Source: Glaucostegus cemiculus
Lineage: Eukaryota
Assembly (NCBI GenBank): GCA_976551045.1
Contig: CDPCPM010000076.1
Coordinates: 34,100,001-34,164,000, forward strand
DNA: 64,000 bases
Direction of reading: 5' to 3'
This document shows positions 13,701 through 26,751 of this stretch, in pieces (the first letter of the stretch is position 1; each line of letters begins with the position of its first letter). Under the pieces are notes generated by a model. The model did no database searches. It had not been told where the DNA came from and was given only the letters and a program-made list of their open reading frames with translations. The position numbers were made by a program, and so were the translations under genes.

Positions 13701-16700
13701 AGTCTATGCTCTTTATCCTTCATACATAGGTTTATTGCAGCAAACTGCATGTTAATGGTGTAATTTGCAAATTAGCTTGAATATACAAAGATCACTGGTT
13801 GGTCAATGTTGTCTTTATGAAGTTGACTTGAATTTGGCAATTGGAAAAGAAACTCTCTAGCTTTAGTAAAGTCACACTTTGCCGACAGTCCAGATAATTG
13901 GATTGTGAAGAATGACATTGAGGTACTTGGCTGTTTTCCAGGAAAATATTGCTTCAGAAAACCCTTCAATGTAATTAGAAGGCTTTGACAGGCAGCTTTG
14001 CTTTCCAAGTCAACTTAGTGATACACCAGTAATTATGTTGTGAAGAGCACCATCTAGTGTTAAGTCATCCACTGGTGACCAGCAGCCATGGATAGTGTGT
14101 TGTGAATTTAAAACATTCTAATATTGGCAATGAAAAAGGGCCATTCACAACAAAGGGACACACATATCTGATTTCAGAACAAGTTTAAGGTCTAGTTTGC
14201 TCCTGATCAGATACTCATGATGCTGACTGATTTGGTATAAATACAGTTCACATTCTTACACATCATCTAAGCCTGTTGCAACTGTGCTCTTACCATAAAT
14301 GCATCAAGTTAAAGCTGTGAGGGCTGCACATTTTATAACCAGGGAATAAAAGGATGAAACTCATATCAAACCCTTGGAGTAAAAATAATAGTAAGGTGGT
14401 TTTTTGGATCTATATAACACAGAATACAGACTGGTCCTTCATGAAATTAGTACTGAGCCCATAGTAACATGAGAAAAAAGTCTGCATGTGCTTAAACCAG
14501 ATTCATTTGTGCTCAGCTGTAGTAATATGTTCAGCACAGCAGCTAGGCAGAAGTTTAGTGCCCTATAAATAACACCCATTACCCCTCAGCCCACCACAAC
14601 ATTGATCTTACTGAGAGTCCTTGAAAATATAAATCTAATCAGTCTCCACTCCATCACACGGTGCACTAACGCTGCCGTTTTAATGAAACCTTCCGAATGT
14701 CGTATTCTGATGAGATGAACCTTTAATCGTTTCAAAGGCTATTTTGTTACCTTTGCACTAGCAAGTGGATTTAACATCGTTACAGACTATTGATATCATT
14801 GTGTCACCTGCTGAGTGCACGTACTTGCCCTACAAATGCTGTGCGGTGTCAAAATGATGTGTCGCTTTCAGGGAAAAAAAACATGAGCTGTTTCAGCAGT
14901 AATCCAAATGCTGAAAGGTCATAATGTAGTGTTTGTTCCGTCTGTGCAGTCCCCATTAGGAAGGCCAGCTGCAACAGCTCAAATCAATCTATGGGCTATT
15001 TGGATTGGAATCGTATAACATCTAACTCTCTTTTGTGAATGTATAAAAGCTCTTATGGGAGTTGATAGTACTTCCATCCAAACAGTGATTGTTATTGTAA
15101 TGGTTATGGATCAGAGCAAATTCAGGCCAGAAGCTGATGCAAATCTGAATTTACTTTGAATGGACCAGGCCAAAAGAGAGCATGGAATCAATTTATAATA
15201 TGTACAACACAATGCAGCCAGGAGCAGTTAAAATTTAAACAATGTGCTAGTGAAGATAGTGTTCAATGAAGCTGTCTAGTTATACACCACCTCCATTGTG
15301 AAGCTGTTATCAGCATCAGGATCAGACTACTAGGAAAGAGCAGGGAAATGGGACTAACAAAATTGCTCCACTAAGAACTGGCATAGGGTCAAGGGGCCAA
15401 ATAGCCTCCTTCTGCACTGTGGCAATTGTTTGAGTCTATGATTTAATGCCAGTTTTTGGAATTACCTTAGAATTGTTTGAACTTCACTGCTAAAACCTTG
15501 CCAACACCATGGCTAAAACAGAGCAGCTTTTGACAGAGTTCCTCACCAAGGGCTGGACATTATCAAATGAACATAAATGTATTTTAAATGCTAGCCAGTC
15601 CTCCAGAGTGGGAAGAATTGGATATGAAGCGGGTTGCAGGTGCCAGCTATATTCCCTGCTCAATATCCATCACACTGACCAGTAAAACAGAAATCATATT
15701 CCTACTTAGTAACCCTGCCCATGTCTATTTTTACCCAGAAGAGCTCAACAAGTTCAGTCATTGGGTGAAATGAGAAGGGAAGTGACTGGATATTTGGATA
15801 GTTGGATTCACAAGTCACGAACATCTGGCCTCATTTTTGAATTCTATCCTCCCATCTATACATTTGTAACAGAAAACGCAGTTGAGACTTTGCTTAGTAG
15901 TAATTAAGCCCTGCTGCCAGTACTGGTGCTGCAACATTCCTGCCAAATCTGCCAATCACTTGTGGTCAGACCTGCTTGCTCTACAGATAGTAACACTCCT
16001 TGACATCATCTCCCTCTCACCTCCATCTTTCCCCTCTCCTACCCCTTTCGTCCCAGTCCAGAAATTTGTCACTAAACCTGGCTTCTATGAAAGATATTGA
16101 CATTGGCCCTAATATTATATTCAAGTAACCATAATCCAAATAATGGTATGGTGTTTTTTTCAGATTTACATAAAGGAGAATTCACACTGGTTCTTTATGT
16201 TACTGTAGGCTCAATACTAATTTCAAAATATATATAGAGAGAAAAAAAATCTTCACGTGCTTAAAAAAGACTTACATGGTCAGCTGCATAGAAGTAACTC
16301 AAATGATTTCTCTTTAAAAAAAAACTCTATCAACAGCAGCAATTAGCCTCTAACTGACCCTAAAAATAACCCTCCTAACTTTTCCCATTCACTAAGACTG
16401 GTTGAGTGGCTAAACAATTGTTCATTGCTCCATCTTGTTTCATCTGTAATTTTAAAAGGGAAAAGTTAAGTTAAGCAAAACTCAATTTTCTATCCTCAAG
16501 GCACTCTTTGTATCCATTAGAAAATGGCACAAAGGCCTAAAACACGCTCCCACTTTCAGAGTACACTGCAGAATAGAGCAGGGTGTTCCAGCCATTTTGA
16601 AACAGCATCCTCTGACTTAGTGAGCATTTGAGACCTGTTTTTCCAATGCATCCTGCTTAAAGTGAAAATATCCACACATCAAAAATAATGATGAATGAGT

Positions 16701-17705
16701 GAAATTACCATGTCTGCCTCAGCTAATCACAAGACTGATTCAATTAAAGTCTTACAATCTATTCTGTCTCAACCCTAATATTTCACCCTTTTAATATCAT
16801 TTTTTTTTAAATAAATCTTTTGTCTTTCCCTAACCAACCTTTAATTCTAACTCATCTCCGGAGTTAATCAGTCACTTTATAAAGAATACTTCTCAAGTAC
16901 CTTATTTGACCTTTTGATCCAGAGACTGTATCCTTTTGTTTTGGCGTATTTGAGAATTTATATTTCCTATTTGATTATAACATACTTTTTTTTTCTGAAA
17001 GACATGAGCTCTTGCTTATAAAGTCTTGTGAGGATAAAGCTGTTGATACCTCTGCCTTGCCGCTTTGGTATGGATGAAAGCAAGCCGGAAACATACATAC
17101 ATATCAGCAAGGTACTGTTCAGCTTCAGTGAGGCCTATTGGGATCTGAATTCAATTTGTTTATCAATGTAAAGCAGCATCCAATTTACTTTGTTTATTGA
17201 CACTACATACTGTTTGGCATTGAAAGGAATGAATCAACTAAGACCTTTAAAGCTCTTTCAACTTCCACAGTGGAAGTTGCATCCTATCCATGGATTATAC
17301 TGATTTTTATTTGTAATTCCAATAGGTTTTTCCATTTTCAGCTTCAGTGACCACTGATGAGATTCAGTGTAAACTCTGCCCATCTTTGTCGGTACATCTT
17401 GGCTGAATCCACCAAGCCCACAGTGGGCCCTAGTTCTGTCTCATCAGAAGACTGAACTAGGCATCGGTGTGATTGTGCTGCAGAAGTTGTGGGCAAGGGG
17501 AGTTCCAACACCCCAGTAACTCCTACCATCCTTCCATTGCAGTCCTTGTGACTATTCATTTTCTTCGTCTGGACTATGCTTTGTCCATGACATGACTTTG
17601 AATAAGTGACTCTCATGCTGTAGTTTGATGTTTTCTATTGGACTTATCCTGAATTTTTGGCACCAAAGCAAGAATGGGTCAAAGCAATGGAAGCAGACCA
17701 TTCAC

Positions 17706-17839
17706 ATTATCCATTCATTTGGGAAGATCAGTTAGTAGCTAACATGGTTGATTTCCTAGTTTTAGTGGAGCAATGACCTTGAAAACTAGGAAATCAACCA
17801 TGTTAGCTACTAACTGATCTTCCCAAATGAATGGATAAT
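17706..17839. repeat. Perfect 58-bp inverted repeat with 18-nt spacer
   Basis: 17706-17763 is the exact reverse complement of 17782-17839. Spacer agtggagcaatgaccttg. Confidence 0.97.
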
Positions 17840-18547
17840 ACTTCCATCACTAGAAATTACATCCCTGTTCATCCAAAATCTCCCCACCACTGTTGTACCT
17901 CACCAAAAAGGCCCCAGCTCAGAGACTGGATAGCAACATGCGCAGAGAGAGGTGAAAGATGCGCACTCTGCCTGGCCCATAGGAGCACGGCTGGACCTTC
18001 AGGCAATGTTTATTGAAAACCAAGGAATAGGAATGTGAATAAGCCTCTTGCAAATCTCGCAGGAGTTACATGAGACTCAGGAGAAAAGATCTTCTAAAGA
18101 GCTGCTTTATCATTGAGTCAGAAAGTCTGAATACTGCATGGAGTACGGGCCCTCTAATCTGCAATGACTATCAAATCACTTATATTAATCTTATACTAAT
18201 TCCATTTTATTCTCCCCATCTTCCTACTGACTTCCTCCACATTCTACCACTCACCTACACAGGAGGAAAAGCCAACAGTGGTCAATTGACCCACCAATCT
18301 GCACATCTTTGGTACGTGGGCAGAAATGGGAGCACCCAGAGGGACCCACTGATCAGTGCGAGAACATGTATGCTCCATATAGACTTTAATCTTGGTCTAC
18401 CCCACCATTGTGATTTGTTCCTGAATGGGTAGACATTTTTCACACAAAGACACTGAATGGGAAGCAAAACACTGTTAGAATATTCACTTCAGGTCAATGG
18501 ATATCAACTGAATGCCAACACCGGTGAACAGAGCTCTCCTCATATGC

Positions 18548-19362
18548 AAAGATTCAAGATTTACTTTACTGTCATTTCTTTGAGTATTTACAAACACAAA
18601 AAAATGAAATACCATTTCTCACCAGCTCATGTCAGTGCAACAAAAGAACAGAGATAAATATCTAAAATAGTCTAAAAACATCTCTAAAAACAAAACTAAA
18701 AACATAACAACACCACATATTCATGTCTGTTAAAGTGTGTTTATGTATTAATAAGTGCTTAAACAGTTTGAGATGAAGTTCAACTTATCATGTAACTATC
18801 AAACTGTTTCTGTGTTGATGTGAGTATATACGTGTGTGTGGAGGGAGAGCTTGTCAATGGAAGTGGAAGGGGACACAGTCCATTTATGATCCTGACTGCT
18901 TGTGGGAAAAAGCTGTTCAGCATCCTACTAGATCTAGAACAGATGCTCCTATACTTATTCCCCAACGGCAGGAGGGAAAACAGGTCGTGAGAAGGGTGGT
19001 GAGAGCCCTTACTGATGGCCGTAGCTCTGCAAATGCAGCGTTGCTGATAGATCTCCATCAAAAAGGGGAGAGAGGTACTGATGATCCTGCTAGCTGTCTT
19101 CACCATCCTATTGAGCTGCTGTTGTTTATGGGCCTTGCAGCTATGAAACCAGGAGGTGAGGCAGTAGGTCAGGATGCTTTCAATGGTGCCCCTGTAAAAA
19201 GTGATGAGGTGTGTAGTAGGGATGCCTGCCTTTCTGAGTCTCTGGAGGGGGTAAAGCCGCTGCTGGACTTTTTTAACAGTGGCTGCAGTGTTAATAGTGG
19301 AGGTCAGATCATCTGCTAGGTGAACCCCCAGGAACTTAATGTTGCTGACCCTTTCCACAGCC
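18548..19362 (-). mobile_element. Rex1/Babar-type LINE, 5'-truncated ORF2 C-terminus and 3'UTR
   Basis: ORF 18780-19358 ERVSNIKFLGVHLADDL...KKVQQRLYPLQRLRK...FYRGTIESILTYCLTSWF...SHHPSHDLFSLLPLG...NSFFPQAVR. Confidence 0.88.
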
Positions 19363-22300
19363 TATGTCACCCCATCACATCTGATCCACCAGAGGATGGA
19401 AGGCATGCCACAATCATGCCTCAAATCCAGGAAACCACAGCAGCAGAGACTCCAACAATAAACCTTGTTTAGCAACAAAGACCAAGGAAGTCTCAATGAT
19501 AGAATGCCTAAACAAAGCTATCATCAGCAAACCTGCCAAGCTGATCCCTCACCCAGACATTCCTTGTAATAATCTCTGAACAGCCCAGAGCTGGATACAA
19601 ACCAGACAAGGAGAAGGAGGCAATTATGCAGACTTAAATCAAGTCCTAGCTGCAACTCCAGCAAGAATAGTCAAAGACTGTCTTCTCCAATCTTTTCCAG
19701 GGCATATGGCCTAAATTCACGTGGCCACACCGATACCATAGGCTGGCTACAAAACTTGGGCATCGATATATAATTTACTGTCACCACAATTTGATAAAAA
19801 GAAATTAGTGATCCCTCAATTCAACAATAATTCCTAACATAGTTTTTTGATGGATCCTGAGATGAGATATTGATCCAATCCTTAAGTCAATTGCAAATAC
19901 TACCATGGGGAAAGGATTCCTGATGGCTGGAGCTTATTTTCCTTCCCTGCCCAACTCAATCTCTTCTGCTTTGAAGCAATACATTTCCCTTAGAACCATG
20001 ATCCCACTTAATGGAGGTTTGGGGGCTACTGATATTAGGTTCTTCTCAGCTTAAGAGGTCCTGTGTTTGTGTTTTTGGGATGTTCATTTGGCATCCTGGG
20101 CAATTTTGCTCAACTGCCCCAGTTGAAATCTGGTTACTTGAACTTCAGTATTTTTCAGCCAATCCAACAATTCCAATTGCCTGAAGCGCCTCACCAACTA
20201 AAGACTTAACAATCAAGAGCCACAACCAATTAGCATTGATGATGCCATCAAAAGTCACCCAATTAAAGTCACTCATTCGTTTCTCAAACTTAACTGGCTG
20301 CAACTAGCAACTGAAACAAAAAAAGATCTAGTGGGTTTGGGTGGGTTGTGCTGACCCTTTTATTGAGGCCAACTGTTGCAAAAGGGAATGTGGATACTGT
20401 AGTTTGGAGCCTGTAACTGTTGGGTGCCAGTGCAAAACTGCTTAGATTAGATATCTGTATTAGTCACATGTACATCAAAACACACAGTGAAGTGCATCTG
20501 TTGCTTCTTCACTGCTCCTTAAGTATCTTACCTGGAGGAAAAAATTCTTCTCTGCTTGGGGACTGTATTGTTTGGTGGACTTGTTTTCTGCATTGTCCTG
20601 ATGCTGTAACATGTGGATGAAGCACAAGGAATTTACTGTATACAAGAGGCTTTCAAGCACTCCATCATTGTGAAGCAGGAACTTGAATAAATAGGGGCTG
20701 CAGTGAATATTGGTTGCAGTAAAGGGAGGCTGAGGGGTGGGTTCAGGGTGGGGATGTTAGTTATTGGTGGCAGCTAAACCAGGACCTCGAAGGTCAGCCT
20801 TGAGCCAGAGTGGGATTGCAATTGGTTGTTGGAGAATGGGTGCTGATAGGGTCAGGAACAGACATGGATATGGTTTTGGAAGAGGCTGAAGGGGTCATGC
20901 AACATGGGGACCTATCTGACAGTAACTCAAATAACCAGGCTCCACAGCCTTGGACCTGCTCACCATGTCTCTTTAAGTGAGACTGAGGCAGGTCTTGCTT
21001 GTGTTACGAGTAACCTGCACTGCCTTTGGAATGCGCCACTGAATTCAGTAGAAGTGGTGAACCAACTTGCATTTCAAGCCACTGGATTCCATTATAAATT
21101 TCCAGACATCTGAAAGTTTGCATATTATCGACTTGGAAGACTGACCTTCTCAAAAGACCATAGTACCCAATTGCTTTCAATGTTTGATTATGTTTTCTGT
21201 ACCTTTAAAAAAAAGTCTATCACATGGCACTTATAAATGTTGTGCTATGCAATGGAATTCCAAGGGCATGATTCCCCAGAAATAATTCCATTGCAAAGGA
21301 GAAGTGGGGATGGACAGGAGGTACTAAACCAACCCATAGAAGAGAATCCTGGAGATACTGCCCATGCAGAAAACATATTGCGAAACACTGTGACACTTCC
21401 ATAACTGGTAAGCACATGAGGAACAAAGATTATTTACTGAAAGATTAACAAAGATTATTTGCTACCACATACCAATGAAAATGTTCAAAGAAATAGTGTG
21501 CATGTTTTTCAGATATCAGTAAACATTTCCAGCGGTGTATCTGGCTGATGTTTCAGTGGCATAGGCTCCTGCATTTTAATGCAATGAAGAATTGCTCTTG
21601 CAGTTCAGTCTCTTTTAATCCTACTGTCCACTGCAGGCAAAAACACATCTGCAGATGCTCCTAATGGATATGGATTATTCAGTGAAATTAAAATTTGTAT
21701 CCTTGTTGTAATTAATGAATTTTTGAGGATGAAATTGGAGATCAATTCATCTTCAGTGCCACAAAACCCTATTTGCAGAATCACGGTCTTTTGTCACAAG
21801 GAAGGCAGGTTGAAGAAGTGATTGAACAGATGCTATAATTCCTCATGCATACAAAGATGTAAAATTGATGGCTTGTCCATCAAGCTAAGTTCACATTCAT
21901 GAACATCATAACTAAATCTAACATGAAGTATCTAAGCAAAGAATTTCTGAAACTAAAGGTGGACAACGTTTCTGAATTTTTCTAATGCACTAACCATGAG
22001 TAATAATGTAAATTTGTAAGGCAAGACCCACTTTTTCATTTTTAGAAGCTAAGTTGTTAGCTTTTAATACTCCTTTCTCTTTTCCAGTTATCATAAAGAC
22101 AATATCTAACAATTCCTTCTGACATTCTCCCAATAAAGATGACAGATTGATGACCTGAAGTATTCTGGCATAGATTTGTCCCCCTTTTGACTGTGGAACC
22201 AAATTAATTCATTCCCAGACTGAGGGAGATATTGCTGAGTCTAATTGAAAATATGACTGAGAATTTACCCTCTTTAATCATTCTTGAATGAATATTGTCC

Positions 22301-22597
22301 TGGATCAGAGCCCACCAAAGATAAACTTTCATCATCTATCCAAGGTGGCACTACCACTTGCTTTAATATTAATTATGGTATTTAATATGAAGCACATTCT
22401 CCCCCGCACCAGCCCAATCTGAAACATTAGCATCCTCTCTGGGAGTAAAAGCTGATGCAAACAAAATGACCTAGCACCACAACATGGCCTGAAAATCAGT
22501 TTGATTCTGCAAACATAAATAATTCTTTTTTTGTTTGAACATTTGTGAGGGCATATTTGGAGGAGAAAATCATCAAGCGGTCCCACTGCTCTGAGAT

Positions 22598-23372
22598 AAC
22601 ATAGAACATTACAGCACAGTACAGGCCCTTCGGCCCATGATGTTATGCTGACATTTTATCCTGCTCCAAGATCTAGCTAACCCTTCCCTCCCACATAGTC
22701 CTCCATTTTTCTATCATTCATGTGCCTATGTAAGAGTCTCTTAAAAGTCCCTAATTTATCTGCCTCCACCACCTCTGCTGGCAGTGCGTCCCATGCACCC
22801 ACCACTCTCTGTGTAAAAAAATTAACTCTGACATCCTCCCATACCTTCCTCCAATCACCTTAAAACTAAGCCCCCTCATGTGAGCCATTTTCACCCTGGG
22901 AAAATGTCTCTGACTGTTCACTCATACTATGCCTCTTATCATCTTGTAAAAATCACAAAGAGCACAGGTCCCAGAACAGATCATTGCGGAACACCACTAA
23001 TTACCGACCTCCAGGAAGAATACGCTCCATCTACCACCACCCTCTGTCTTCTATTGATGAGCCAATTCTGAATCCACACAGCCAAGTTTCCCTGGATCCC
23101 GTGCTTCCTGACTTTCTGAATGAGCCTTCCATAAGGATCCTTATCAAATGCCTTACTAAAATCCATGTACACCACATTCACTGCTCTATCTTCATCCATG
23201 TGCTTTGTCACATCCTCAAAGAATTCAGTCAGGCTCATGAGACACGACCTGCCCCTCACAAAACTATGCTGACTGTCTCTAATCAGTGTATGTTTCTCCA
23301 AATGCCCATAAACACTGTCTCTAGCAATCTTCTCCAGTAATTTGCCCACCACTGAAGTAAGACCCACTGGCA
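22598..23372 (-). mobile_element. CR1 LINE, RT fragment fused to 3' end through an internal deletion near 22947
   Basis: PVGLTSVVGKLLEKI...QHSFVRGRSCL...VYMDFSKAFDK...WIQNWL...SGVPQ. Confidence 0.92.
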
Positions 23373-24389
23373 GTGAAATGTTTATAGTGAAAAGACAGTC
23401 AGACATAGCTGTGCTGCAAACTTCCAGTCAAATTACCTTCCAACATTCAATATCTGGCTTTTCAGTTATCTTCTCACAGAGAATGGTGAATCTCTGGAAT
23501 TATCTACCCCGGAGGGATGTGGATTTGTGGAAGCATTTAAAGAGGAGCTAGATAAATTTTTGAAAGTTTGGGGAGTGGGGACTAGGACTGGGGCAGATCA
23601 GTGATGATCATATTGAGAGGTAGGGCAGGCTTCAGGTTCCAGGTTGCCTTTTCCTGCTCCAATTTTCTTGTGTTCTTGTGTAGTACTTGATGAATTAAGA
23701 ATGCTCTGCCCCAAGGAGTTGAGAGCATTTGTAGTATGTTGTTCTAATACTGTATATGTCAACAATTTCTAGAGGGGAGAAAACTGGAGAAGGAAGACGG
23801 CAAACCTTATCTGATACCTTCTGCATAAAATTGAGCAAAATTATTTTTCTTCATCCAAAAATAAGTTTTAGAGTTGTGGTGAAGAACTAACTATGAAAAC
23901 CCAGGATCTGTATCTCAAAAATATTCTTAGGAATTGCTCCATAGTAGATAGGTCCTTCATATATTCTTTTACAAAACAAAATCTCAGACTTCACACAAAA
24001 TGCATGTGTTATCATATTGGAAACCACTTCTGGAAGATGAAGACCATTAAATGTTCCCTTCTGGGCTTCTTATTAAAGAGTTACATGTTGGCATTTGGCA
24101 TATTTACAACTAAGCAATAGCTATTTTAAAACCAAATTGATCTTCAAGGCTCAATGAAGTTTCTAAATTTTGTTTCTTCTTGGATATGACTCTTTGCTCT
24201 TTTAGCTCAAACCTCATCATCTGTGACCATGGACAAATTGCTTTTCAATTTCAACACAGCCACAAATCAGCTGCATTAAGGTGCAAAAATTCTTTCTTTG
24301 TCTTTTTCCTATCTTCCACATAAAATGACAAAGCAGAGAACACAGCACCGTAGGGAAATTAAACTTCTTCCACCACATTTAATGTATAT

Positions 24390-25612
24390 AGAGTTATAAA
24401 ATTGTTCAGCACAGAAATGAGCCCTTCAGCCTAACTCGTCCACACCGACCATGATCCACTGTATGAAAATCTTGCCCCTCAGATCTCCTCCCAACCACTC
24501 CCCTCTCACCCCAAACACACGACCTCCAGTTTCAGACACCCTCTCCCCACCTTCGGAAGAAGACTCTGACTTTCCATCTTATCCATGCCCCTCACAACTT
24601 TACAAACCTCGGTAAGATTTAGAGGGATATGGGCCAAACCCAGGCAAATGGAACTAGCTTGGGTGGGTATCCTGGTCAGCATGGATGTGTTGGGCTGAAT
24701 GGCCTGTTTCTGTGCTGTATGACCCTATGACTCTAAGATCACCCTGCCCCCCCACCCCACCAGCCTCCCACGCTCAAGTGAGCACAAATGCAGTCTATCC
24801 AATCTCTCCCTACAAGTAAAGCCCTCCATTCCAGGCAGCATCCAGGTGAATCTGCTCTGCATTCTCTCCAATGTCACCACATGCCTTCTGTGGCCAGAAC
24901 TGTACACAACATTCCAAGTGCAGCCTGACTAATGTTTTGTGCAGGCAGCTGCAACACATCATCTCAACTCCCATTCTCAATGCATCGCCCTATGAAGGGA
25001 AGCACGTCAAATGCCCTCCTCACTACCCTGTCCGCCCACCTCACAACCTCCAGGGAGCCATACACCTGCACCCCTAGGTTCCTCAGCACACTAACATTCT
25101 TGATATCCCTGCCAGTTACTCATGTGTCCCATTAGTGTTTGATGTCCTATAATGGACTACCTCACAGCTGTTCGGACCAAACTCCATCTGCCATAATGAC
25201 CCCCAACATTCCAACAGATCTGTGTCCCTCTGTCCTCCCCCTCAACCCTCCTTGCTATCCATCACCACTTGTGTCACCGGCAGTCCCACCAATCAGTCCA
25301 CCTACACTGTCGTCCCTAGCCATTTACACACACACACACAAAACAACAATGGTCCCACAACCAATCTCTCTGGCACACCACTGGCTACAGATTTCCAGTC
25401 AGAAAAAAACACTCGACCACCACCCTTGCTCTCCCACCACTGAGCTAACCCTATATCCAATCTGCCAACACAATTAGGACCCCCATGTGTACTAATCTTC
25501 TGGACCAGCTCACTGTGAGGGAACCCCATCATAAGCCCTACCAATGTCCACTGTGCTGCCCTCAGGAATATTCTATGTCACCTCCTCAAAAAGTTCAATC
25601 AGACTGGAGAGA
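24390..25612 (-). mobile_element. CR1 LINE fragment with nested opposite-strand CR1 tail (about 24615-24735)
   Basis: DWKSVASGVP...VGPLLF and LERMQSRFTWMLPGMEGF.CRERLDRL motifs. Confidence 0.8.
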
Positions 25613-25614
25613 GA

Positions 25615-26432
25615 GCAGGCACAGGAGACTGCAGATGCTGGAATCTGGAGCAACAGATAAGATGCTGGAGGAACTCAGCAGCTCAGGCAGCATCTATTGA
25701 GAGAAATGGATAGTTGACATTTTGGGTCAAGACCCTTCATCTGGACTGAAAGATAGTAGGGAGGTAGCCAGTATAAAGAGGTGAAGGGAAAGGGTGGAGC
25801 AAAAACTAGCAAGTGATAAAATCTGATCTCTTATCCGTTATCCCAACTGGTTCCATCTACCCATCATTCCTCCCATATCTGGTTCCACTTATCACATTCC
25901 TTACTTATTAGATTCCATCATCTGAAGCCCTTTGTCGCCTCCACATATCACCTACCAGTCCCTGTCACTATTTCCACTCTTCCCTCCTCCATCTGCCTAT
26001 TCACCCATCCTTACCTGGATCCACCTATCACTTGTTAGTTCTTGCTCCACCCCTTCCTTCTTTATATGATGTTCCTGCTGTATTTCAGTCCAGATGAAGG
26101 CGGCACGGTAGGGTAGCAGTTAGGGCAACACTATTACAGAACCAGTGATCCATTTTGAATTCCCGTCGCTGTCTGTAAGGAGTCTGTACATTCTTCCTGT
26201 GACTGCGTGGGTTTCCTCCAGGTGCTCCGGTCTCCTCCCACATTACAAAGACGTTTGGGTTAGTAGGTTAATAAGGGTGTAATTGGGCGGCGTGGGCTCA
26301 TTGGGCTGGAAGGGCCTGTTACCGTGCTGTATAAATAAAGTTAAAGTAAATCTCAAACCTAAACATTGACCGTCCAGTTCCTTCCACAGATGTTGCCTGA
26401 CCCTTTGAGTTCCTCCTGCATTTTGTTTATTG
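25615..26432 (+). mobile_element. Non-autonomous Penelope pLTR unit with an inverted 5' pLTR piece, interrupted by a SINE
   Basis: About 25618-25820 is a minus-strand pLTR end. About 25830-26432 is a plus-strand pLTR ending ccacagatgttgcctgaccctttgagttcctcctgca. Confidence 0.75.
26099..26350 (+). mobile_element. V-SINE nested in a Penelope pLTR
   Basis: ggcggcacggtagggtagcagttagg...gtgggtttcctccaggtgctccgg...gggcctgttaccgtgctgtataaataaag. Confidence 0.88.
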
Positions 26433-26607
26433 CTGTGAGACAGGACGTCCACTCTACAGATTGTGGAATTGGTGCTCCACAATTGAATACTTACATAATC
26501 ACCTGCACACTAACAACAGTTACTGCGCTCTAAGCTGAAGTAAAGGATTTAAGATAATGTAACATTCAGGGGCATTGCTAAATGAAATGTATTGTTTAAG
26601 TATCTTT

Positions 26608-26751
26608 CTGTTACCATGGTAACTGTCATCGATTAGTCAGTTAGGAATTAGGAATTCTGATAATGAGATTGTCACCATTTCACACATTGGCAATCTTATA
26701 AGAATTTCTCAACCCTGGTTGACTAATCGATGCTTGATACCATAGCAACAG
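26608..26751. repeat. Imperfect 144-bp palindrome with RFX X-box-like termini
   Basis: CTGTTACCATGGTAAC...CATCGATTAGTCA pairs with TGACTAATCGATG...GATACCATAGCAACAG. Inner arms gagattgtca/tggcaatctt also pair. Confidence 0.85.

Noticed and set aside
14683-14815. GAAAC...GTC...CTGATGA as a type-II hammerhead, or TGATGA...CTGA as a C/D snoRNA
   Set aside because: Stems I and II cannot form, and there is no terminal stem or recognisable guide sequence.
18834-19319. 161-aa plus-strand ORF
   Set aside because: Antisense to the Rex1/Babar ORF2 fragment.
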